Below are positions 15,967-22,535 of a stretch of DNA of 64,000 nt, piece by piece. Source of the stretch: an uncultured Clostridia bacterium (GTDB lineage: Bacteria > Bacillota > Clostridia > Christensenellales > Borkfalkiaceae); contig CANQUL010000003.1 of assembly GCA_947627015.1 (NCBI GenBank), forward strand, positions 2,895 to 66,894. The letters are read 5' to 3'. The translations under genes were made by a program, and so were the position numbers. Positions within the stretch are counted from its first letter, which is position 1. The number at the start of each line of letters is the position of its first letter. The notes under the pieces are model-generated. The model was not told the DNA's origin. It did not search any database and was given only the letters and a program-made list of their open reading frames with translations.

Positions 15967-18015
15967 TTACTTGTTGAGGCTTTGGAGGACGGTTTCGGGC
16001 GCCTGTTCATAGCGCGCAAATTCCTGCGTAAAGCGGCCGCGGCCCTGCGTCATGGAGCGGAGGCTGGTCGCATAGGTCAGGAGTTCGCCCTCGGGCGCTT
16101 CGGCCGTGATGACCTGAAGGCCTTCCACGGTGTCCATTCCGATGATCCGTCCGCGGCGCTTGTTGAGGTCGCCCATGATGTCGCCGACGTACTGTTCGGG
16201 CACGGTGATCTTCATGGAGCAGATGGGCTCGAGGAGAATGGGCTTCGCACGCGGAATGCCGTCCTCATAGGCGAGGCGGGCGGCGGAGACGAAGGCAACT
16301 TCCTTACTGTCGACGGGGTGAGATTTTCCGTCGAACAGGGTCGCCTTGAGGTTGACCATCGGATAGCCCGCGAGGACGCCCTTCTGGATGGCTTCGCGCA
16401 GACCCTTTTCCACGGCGGGGATGAAGTTCTTGGGCACCGAACCGCCGACGGTCGCATCGACGAATTCGAACACACCGTCCGCCGCACCGGGCTCGAAGCG
16501 GATGTTGACGACGCCGAACTGTCCCGCGCCGCCCGATTGCTTCTTGTGCTTGCCCTCGGCCTCCGACTTGGAGAGGATGGACTCGCGGTAAGCCACGGTG
16601 GGGGTGGAGAACTCGGCATCCGCGCCGAACTTCGATTTGAGCTTTCTCTTGAGGATCTCGAGCTGCACTTCGCCCTGTCCGCAGACGAGCGTCTCGCCCG
16701 TCTCGTGATTCTTTACGACCTGAAAACTCTTGTCCTCTTCGGCAAGACGGTTGAGCCCGCCGAATACCTTGTCCTCGGTCCCGCGTACGGCCACGGAGAC
16801 GGCCATCGAGAGCACGGGTTCGGGGAAGGGAATGGGCTCGAAGCGGACGGGAACATTGGGGTCGCAGAGCGTGTCGCCCGTACCCGTGTTCGCGAGCTTG
16901 GACACCGCGCCGAGGTCGCCCGCAACCAAACTCTGCACGGGCTCGAGCTTTTTGCCGCGTACGATGTAGAGGGAGTTGATGCGTTCGGTGGTGTTCGTAT
17001 TGGGATTGAGCACGTCGGCGCCCGTCTTTAATACGCCGCGGCAGACGCGCAGATAGTTGAGCTTTCCGACAAAGTTGTCGACGGCCGTCTTAAAAACCTG
17101 TGCGGCGAGGGGACCCGTTTCGTCGCAGGCGATCTCCGTCTGCTCGTTCTTTTTGAGGTCCTCGGCCTTGAGCCCCGCACGCTCGGCAGCTTGCGGCATG
17201 TATTCCACGATCTCGTCCATGAGGTTGATGACGCCCTTGTTGAGGAGCGCACTGCCCGCCATGACGGGGATGACGCTGATGTTGAACACGCCCTTGCGGA
17301 GCCCGAGAAGCGTCTCTTCGGGGGTGAGGGAACCCTCTTCGAAGTACTTGTCGAGGAGCTCTTCGTCATTCTCGGCGGCCGCTTCCTGCAAGACGCCCTG
17401 CATCTCTTCGAGCTCACTTTGGTACTGCGCGGGAACGGCGATCTCTTCGACGCCCGCGGCGGAGAACTTGAAGGCCTTGCCCGTGATGACGCTGATGTAG
17501 CCCGTCATCTTTTCCCCTTCCATGATGGGGATCTGGATGGGCGCGATCTTGCCCTTGTACCGGTCGGAATAGGCGCGGACGGTGCCGGGATAGTCGGCAT
17601 TCTCCTTGTCCATGCCGTTGATGAAGAGGAAGAGCGGTTTTTTGCCCTTGAGGCAGCGGTCAATGGCCTTTTCGGCTCCGACCGTGACGCTTCCGCCCGC
17701 ACCCGCAACGACGAGCGCGCCGCCCGCCGCCCGCATGGCCGAGTCGAATTCGCCTTCGAAATCATAGAAACCGGGAACGTCGATGAGGTTGAGCTTGGCG
17801 TCCTTCCAGTTGCAGTATGCGAGGGAGAGCGAGATGGAGGTCTTTCTTGCGATCTCCTGTTCGTCGAAGTCGCTGACGGTGGTGCCGTTGTCGACCTTGC
17901 CCATGCGCTCGATGGCGCCGGCGTTATAGAGGATCGCCTCGCAGAGGGTGGTTTTGCCTTCGCCGCTGTGACCGACGATGGCGAGATTACGTATGTTTTT
18001 CGCTGAAATGCCCAT
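15967..18015 (-). CDS. elongation factor G paralogue (EF-G2-like translational GTPase)
   Basis: M131 of ORF 15967..18405 (MGISAKNIRNLAIVGHSGEGKTTL...DVPGF...INGMDK). The 130-aa upstream extension has no RBS and overlaps the promoter. 682 aa with full EF-G domain order. Confidence 0.9.
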   Translation of the reverse strand: MGISAKNIRNLAIVGHSGEGKTTLCEAILYNAGAIERMGKVDNGTTVSDFDEQEIARKTSISLSLAYCNWKDAKLNLIDVPGFYDFEGEFDSAMRAAGGALVVAGAGGSVTVGAEKAIDRCLKGKKPLFLFINGMDKENADYPGTVRAYSDRYKGKIAPIQIPIMEGEKMTGYISVITGKAFKFSAAGVEEIAVPAQYQSELEEMQGVLQEAAAENDEELLDKYFEEGSLTPEETLLGLRKGVFNISVIPVMAGSALLNKGVINLMDEIVEYMPQAAERAGLKAEDLKKNEQTEIACDETGPLAAQVFKTAVDNFVGKLNYLRVCRGVLKTGADVLNPNTNTTERINSLYIVRGKKLEPVQSLVAGDLGAVSKLANTGTGDTLCDPNVPVRFEPIPFPEPVLSMAVSVAVRGTEDKVFGGLNRLAEEDKSFQVVKNHETGETLVCGQGEVQLEILKRKLKSKFGADAEFSTPTVAYRESILSKSEAEGKHKKQSGGAGQFGVVNIRFEPGAADGVFEFVDATVGGSVPKNFIPAVEKGLREAIQKGVLAGYPMVNLKATLFDGKSHPVDSKEVAFVSAARLAYEDGIPRAKPILLEPICSMKITVPEQYVGDIMGDLNKRRGRIIGMDTVEGLQVITAEAPEGELLTYATSLRSMTQGRGRFTQEFARYEQAPETVLQSLNK

Positions 18016-18067
18016 AGGAATTGTGCCCCTTAAAACAATGAATACGGCAAAAAGGCCGCTTACAACC

Positions 18068-18096
18068 ATTATACATGGAAACAGAGCAAAAATCAA
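18068..18096 (-). promoter_or_regulatory. sigma-A promoter of the EF-G-like gene
   Basis: Minus strand TTGATT (18091-18096), 17 nt, TATAAT (18068-18073). Confidence 0.5.
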
Positions 18097-18226
18097 GGGG
18101 GTTGGGAAAAATAATTTCCGAAATCGCCGATTTTTTTCTTTTGCGCCCGTTCGGCTCGGAATGACGTAGCCTTGGCGCCCCTTATAGGGGAGCTGTCGAG
18201 GCGTAGCCGAGACTGAGGGGTTTATG

Positions 18227-19327
18227 TCAGCGGCTGCTCTTTTCGCGATTATGCTCCTTGCAGAGCATCTGCAGATTCTCGGGAACGGTCCTGCCGCCCT
18301 CGCACCACGGGGTGATGTGATCGCCCTCCATTTCGCCGAACTCGTAGTGCGTTCTCGCGCGGCCTTCCCTTGCGCAGAGGGGACAGATCCCGCCCTGCCG
18401 CTCATAGGCCTGCCGTTTTTGGCTCTCGGTAAAGGCCCGGATGTTCAAAAACTTCTCTTTCCCCGTCAATATATATGAATAGATCCCCTTCTTGTTCGTC
18501 ACGTCGTCGTCTGCCATGAGCGCGGCGATTTTTTGTTCGAGCGCTGCCGTGTCAAAGGTCTGCGCGTGAAATTCATCGTACAGCGCACCCCAACGGAGTC
18601 CCTTCATCTCTCTCCGATATTTGACGAAGGTGAGCTTCACCCATTCGATGACGTTCCGGAAATACGTCCAGAGTTCATTCGCATTGGGGACCTGTTGATG
18701 CGCCGACATGTAGTCCTCGATGTGTCCCTTGCTTCTCCAATCGAGCGCGGTCTCCAGAAGTTCCTGCCGGATGGGGGAGCCGCTCACATAGTCCTTGGCA
18801 AGGAGGTACGCGGCGCAGTTCGTCTTGCTGAAGACCGACTTCGCATGCGTGAGCCACGGCCCCGTGTAGGTCGCGTTGCGGAGTTCCTGCTCGGTGAGCC
18901 GTTCCCCCGCGATATTGATGATGCGGAACCAATCGAGCTTTTCCCGGTCGTTTCCCTCGCAGAAGTAGACGAGCACCTTGTAATCGAGGATCTGCTGCTG
19001 TTCGGGTTTGGTCAGATTGTGGAAATAGCGGCTGTCGATCGAGAAGTCCCCCTTCACAAATTGACAGAAACTGATCGTGCGCTGCTGGCCGTCCAGCACT
19101 TCGAAGGTCCCGTCCTCGTTCTTGACCCAATACATGACGTTGAGGGGGAAGTCCTTTCTGATGGTGTCGATGACGGCGTTGCGCTTCTTCTCGTCATAGA
19201 CGAATTCGCGCTGATACTTGGGACGGATGTTGAGTTTTCCGCCGTAGCCGACGACGCCCTCCTCGGCGTTGTCGACGTAGTTTTCCGTGATCTCGCCGAC
19301 CGTGATCTCGTGCAGTTGGATTTTCAT
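18227..19327 (-). CDS. DUF262 (ParB/Srx-like, DGQQR motif) - HNH endonuclease fusion; putative nuclease of the island
   Basis: N-terminus KYQREFVY...VLDGQQRTISF (DUF262 signature). C-terminus CPLC...EGDHITPW...NLQMLCKEHNREK (Cys4 HNH). The start overlaps the MTase stop (ATGA). 366 aa. Confidence 0.85.
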   Translation of the reverse strand: MKIQLHEITVGEITENYVDNAEEGVVGYGGKLNIRPKYQREFVYDEKKRNAVIDTIRKDFPLNVMYWVKNEDGTFEVLDGQQRTISFCQFVKGDFSIDSRYFHNLTKPEQQQILDYKVLVYFCEGNDREKLDWFRIINIAGERLTEQELRNATYTGPWLTHAKSVFSKTNCAAYLLAKDYVSGSPIRQELLETALDWRSKGHIEDYMSAHQQVPNANELWTYFRNVIEWVKLTFVKYRREMKGLRWGALYDEFHAQTFDTAALEQKIAALMADDDVTNKKGIYSYILTGKEKFLNIRAFTESQKRQAYERQGGICPLCAREGRARTHYEFGEMEGDHITPWCEGGRTVPENLQMLCKEHNREKSSR

Positions 19328-20388
19328 GACTTTCTCCTGTGTCTAATGAATAATCTTTTGAATTTCTTTTTTCCTTTTAACACTGCTTGCGGAATTTTAC
19401 TTATCGGGTTCCACAGTCCGCAAGAGAAACCGCGCCCCTCGCTCTCAGTGGCTCCGATGATTTCAAATTGTTCGGGATTATATTTGTCGAGAAAGGTGAT
19501 GGGAACGCCCATCACGCCGTCATAGTCATAGGGGATATCCGAAGTCTTGGAAACCTCGATCGCGTCGTAATTATCATACTTCGGATATTCTGTGGGGGAG
19601 TATTGTTTATAGAGGGTGAGAAATTCGTGCCGCTTTGCCGTATCAAGATCGGTAAACCAACATACATTCCGGAATTTCACTAAACCTGTCTCTTCATTAT
19701 AAACTCCGTTTGCCCATTCGCGATGATCAAAATTTGTAACCCTGAAATACGCGTTTCCGTTGGGGAAGCTCGGCCCGAGCCACATCTTATTCGCTCTGAT
19801 GAGCGGAAAGGTTTCCTTGTATGTGATCGCATTCTGCGGCCCGATGATCAAGAACTTCTTCTCATACTCCATGAGCTGTGCGACATACTCGCGGAAGAGC
19901 GAAAAGGGCGGGTTGGTTACCACGGTATCCGCCTCCTTGAGGAGTTCGATGCACTCCGCGGAACGGAAATCCCCGTTGCCCTTTAAGAGGGACAGCGAAT
20001 TTTTCCTGTTTTTCAGCAGCCACTCGATGTCGTAGAGATCGACCGCGCCGTCCCCGTTGTAGTCCTCGATCTCGGTGATCTCGATCCGATACGCGCGGCG
20101 GGTTTGGTTGGGAACCGTCCGCTCGTTTCCGAAAAACGACATCTGCGTGTGGGCGATCGGAGAGGGGTCATAGCAGGTCGCGATGAGCTTTTTGAGCCCC
20201 AAAAAGTTGAAGTTCATCGCAAAGTATTTGAAAAAGTTGCTCTCGTACGGGTCGTCGCAGTTGCAGAAGATGACCTTGCCCGCAAGCTGTTCCTTGTAAT
20301 GCTTGAGCTCTGCTTCGATATCCGAAAGTTGGGTGTAAAACTCGTCCTTTTTGTTTTTTCTTGCATTCCGCAGGGTATCCGTCGGCAT
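19324..20388 (-). CDS. EcoRI-family N6-adenine DNA methyltransferase
   Basis: N-terminal KDEFYTQLSDIEAELKHYKEQLAGKVIFCNCDDPYESNFFKYFAMNFNFLGLKKLIATCY closely follows the M.EcoRI-type N-terminal block as I recall it. Catalytic TNPPF is present. The gene is visibly AT-rich. Confidence 0.85.
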   Translation of the reverse strand: MPTDTLRNARKNKKDEFYTQLSDIEAELKHYKEQLAGKVIFCNCDDPYESNFFKYFAMNFNFLGLKKLIATCYDPSPIAHTQMSFFGNERTVPNQTRRAYRIEITEIEDYNGDGAVDLYDIEWLLKNRKNSLSLLKGNGDFRSAECIELLKEADTVVTNPPFSLFREYVAQLMEYEKKFLIIGPQNAITYKETFPLIRANKMWLGPSFPNGNAYFRVTNFDHREWANGVYNEETGLVKFRNVCWFTDLDTAKRHEFLTLYKQYSPTEYPKYDNYDAIEVSKTSDIPYDYDGVMGVPITFLDKYNPEQFEIIGATESEGRGFSCGLWNPISKIPQAVLKGKKKFKRLFIRHRRKS

Positions 20389-20485
20389 GATTTCCTCGTG
20401 TGTATAAAATTATAGTATCAAAATTATAACACGATAGTTTTAATCTGTCAACGCTACAGTTATGAGATATTCGCAAAAAAGTGCG

Positions 20486-20505
20486 TAAACTAAAACTAAA
20501 GTTTA
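20486..20505. promoter_or_regulatory. candidate operator (C-box-like palindrome) upstream of the HTH gene
   Basis: TAAACT-N8-AGTTTA, ending 17 nt before the HTH start codon, inside the 134-bp divergent region. Confidence 0.35.
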
Positions 20506-20522
20506 GAAAAAGGGGCTGCCAT

Positions 20523-20813
20523 ATGGATCGTCACGATGTTGCAAAACGGATACGGGAACTCAGGGAAGAGAGAAAGATGACGCAGAACGCGCTGGCATAT
20601 CAGGCAGGCGTTTCACCCACCTATATCTATCAGTTGGAGCGCGGCGAAAAGAACCCGACGGTCGAGTACATCGACAACATCTGTTGGGGGCTCGGGATCA
20701 CGATCGAAGAATTTTTCTCCACAAAAAAAGAGGAGCCGAAGGAAACCGACAGGCTTTCCTCGCTCACCTCCGAGCAGAGACAGCGGCTGAACCACTTTTT
20801 GAACAGCTTGTAA
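20523..20813 (+). CDS. XRE-family HTH regulator (controller/C-protein-like), 96 aa
   Basis: M15 of ORF 20481..20813, RBS AAAAGGGG. HTH_3 pattern IRELREERKMTQNALAYQAGVSPTYIYQLERGEKNPTVEYIDNICWGLGI. Divergent from the MTase-nuclease operon. Confidence 0.85.
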   Translation: MDRHDVAKRIRELREERKMTQNALAYQAGVSPTYIYQLERGEKNPTVEYIDNICWGLGITIEEFFSTKKEEPKETDRLSSLTSEQRQRLNHFLNSL

Positions 20814-20892
20814 TGCTCTGCCTTCCGCGTCCGCAGCCCGGGGCATGACCCCTCGGCGGCAGGGCAGACGGCAGCTCTCTTACAGAACAAAA

Positions 20893-20920
20893 AGACGGAG
20901 CAGGAGACCTGTTCCGTCTT
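20893..20920. terminator. bidirectional terminator between the HTH gene and tRNA-Arg
   Basis: GACGGAGCAG / CTGTTCCGTC stem (one mismatch), T6 downstream on the plus strand and A5 upstream. Confidence 0.55.
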
Positions 20921-20923
20921 TTT

Positions 20924-21000
20924 TGGTGCACCCGGCGGGGATCGAACCCACAACCTTCAGCGTCGGAGGCTGACACGCTATCCAATTGCGCCACGAGTGC
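20924..21000 (-). tRNA. tRNA-Arg (anticodon CCG), CCA encoded
   Basis: Hand-folded cloverleaf. Acceptor GCACTCG/CGGGTGC, D stem GCGC/GCGT, anticodon stem TCAGC/GCTGA with loop CTCCGAC. T arm GTGGG-TTCGATC-CCCGC, discriminator A plus CCA. 77 nt. Confidence 0.95.
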
Positions 21001-21242
21001 AGAAAATGGATTTTCGGCAGTGCGCTCTCGGGCATGGCCTGCCCGTCCGTCCTCTGCCAATCGGGAGAAGTGCGTGCACGCGGAGGCGTTTCCGCCCCCA
21101 AAAACCGTGCCGCACGGAGACGCTTCCGCCCTTCTCTTTTTCTATTATAGCATATTCCGCGGAAAAATGCTTTATATTTTCGGCAGTTTGTGGTAAAATA
21201 GAGAAAAAAATTTCCCGAAGGGGAGCAAGGAGGGGCATCGGA

Positions 21243-22334
21243 ATGAAAAAGCGGGTGGTCGTGGGACTTTCGGGCGGCGTGGACAGCTCGGTCGCGGCGC
21301 TTCTTCTCAAGCGCCGCGGGTACGACGTCGTCGGCCTCTTTATGCGCAATTGGGAGGAGACGGACGAGCGCGGCGTCTGCTGTGCGGACGACGACTTCGA
21401 GGACGTAAAGCGCGTTGCGGACCTTCTCGATATCCCGTACTATGCCGTCAACTTCGCACGGGAGTACGAGGAGCGCGTCTTTCGCGATTTCCTTGCCGAA
21501 TACGAGGCCGGCCGCACGCCCAACCCCGATGTCCTCTGCAACCGGGAGATCAAGTTTGGGCCCTTCAAGGAGCACGCCCTTGCGCTCGGCGCCGACGCGA
21601 TCGCCACCGGCCACTATGCGGGCATTCTCCACGAAGGCGGCGTGCACCGGCTCCTGAAGCCGCGCGATTCGGCCAAGGACCAGACGTACTTCCTGTGCCA
21701 GCTCTCGCAGTCCCAGCTCGACGGCGTGCTCTTCCCCCTGCAGGATCTCACCAAGGCGGAAGTCCGTGCGATCGCCTGCGAGGCGGGCCTTGCCACGGCG
21801 GAGAAGAAGGACTCCACGGGCATCTGTTTCATTGGGGAACGCAACTTCCGCGCCTTTCTCCGGACTTACCTTCCCGCACGCCCGGGGAAGATCCTGACCT
21901 TGGACGGCGAAGAGGTCGGACGGCACATCGGGCTCATGTACTACACGCTCGGCCAGCGGCGGGGGCTCGACCTCGGCGGAAGAAGGGGAGAGGACGGTCG
22001 ATGGTTCGTTGTGCGCAAGGACCTCGGGGAGAACGTGCTCTACGTCTCGCACGGCGACGAGACGCCCCTGTACTCGGCGGGCTGTCTCGTGAGCGGCATC
22101 AACTACATCCCGTCCGCACCCCAAAAGGACGCCTTCGAGTGCACCGCCAAGCTTCGCTACCGGCAGACCGAACAGCGCGTCCGCGTGACAAAGACGGGGG
22201 AGACCTCCGCCCGCGTCGACTTCTTCGAGCCGCAGCGCGCCGTGACGCCGGGCCAGTTCGCCGTGTTTTACAGTGAGACCGATTGCCTCGGCGGCGGCGT
22301 CATCGAGCAGACATTCGGCGAGAAAGAAACCTGA
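21243..22334 (+). CDS. mnmA: tRNA-specific 2-thiouridylase MnmA
   Basis: M83 of ORF 20997..22334 (MKKRVVVGLSGGVDSSVAALLLK, PP-loop SGGxDS). Also RNWEE...CC..DDFEDV and DSTGICFIGERNF motifs. Confidence 0.9.
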   Translation: MKKRVVVGLSGGVDSSVAALLLKRRGYDVVGLFMRNWEETDERGVCCADDDFEDVKRVADLLDIPYYAVNFAREYEERVFRDFLAEYEAGRTPNPDVLCNREIKFGPFKEHALALGADAIATGHYAGILHEGGVHRLLKPRDSAKDQTYFLCQLSQSQLDGVLFPLQDLTKAEVRAIACEAGLATAEKKDSTGICFIGERNFRAFLRTYLPARPGKILTLDGEEVGRHIGLMYYTLGQRRGLDLGGRRGEDGRWFVVRKDLGENVLYVSHGDETPLYSAGCLVSGINYIPSAPQKDAFECTAKLRYRQTEQRVRVTKTGETSARVDFFEPQRAVTPGQFAVFYSETDCLGGGVIEQTFGEKET

Positions 22335-22347
22335 TCTTTCGCACAGG

Positions 22348-22370
22348 AAGGGCCCTTCGGGGCCTTTTTC
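22348..22370 (+). terminator. intrinsic terminator after mnmA
   Basis: AAGGGCCC-TTCG-GGGCCTTT hairpin (8 pairs including one G-U) running into a T5 run. Confidence 0.6.
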
Positions 22371-22371
22371 T

Positions 22372-22472
22372 TTATTTCGAATTTCATCGAAATAAAGAAA
22401 AAGGACGGAAAAATCCGAGAAAAATCCGCAAAATAGTACAAAAATCAATTATTTCGATGAATATCGAAATAA
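22372..22472. repeat. AT-rich module, copy 2: two 24-bp palindromes 77 bp apart
   Basis: TTATTTCGAATTTCATCGAAATAA (22372-22395) and TTATTTCGATGAATATCGAAATAA (22449-22472). Same arms and same 77-bp offset as 3740-3840. Confidence 0.6.
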
Positions 22473-22535
22473 TAGACTTCCGAAGGGGCGAATGCGGACG
22501 TTCTATCCCGCAAGGCGGGCGCATAGGATAGCCGT

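Noticed and set aside
18172-18190. A possible att-site remnant: CTTGGCGCCCCTTATAGGGG loosely resembles the tRNA-Arg 3' end (TTGGTGCACCCGGCGGGG) at the far boundary of the low-GC island.
   Set aside because: Only about 13 of 19 positions match, no integrase gene is present, and the match is within what GC-rich sequence gives by chance. I cannot support an attL/attR call.
18016-18405. A 130-aa N-terminal extension of the EF-G-like ORF. Analogous upstream extensions occur on the helicase (48718-48879), mnmA (20997-21242), ClC (14286-14459), mntP (7450-7617), rbgA (46349-46891) and ktrA (55893-56009).
   Set aside because: The canonical family N-termini with good RBSs lie at internal Met codons. 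The extensions cover promoters, a riboswitch, a tRNA or upstream genes, and their sequences are low complexity.
21010-21187. A 12-nt direct repeat ATTTTCGGCAGT at ~21010 and ~21176, between tRNA-Arg and mnmA.
   Set aside because: It is a single short repeat pair with no flanking similarity or associated mobile gene. It is compatible with chance plus the recurrent TTTTCGG promoter-region motif, and is not enough to call an element.
20880-22448. A 522-aa minus-strand ORF spanning tRNA-Arg and the antisense strand of mnmA.
   Set aside because: It runs straight through a cloverleaf-perfect tRNA gene and is antisense to mnmA. It is a shadow ORF.
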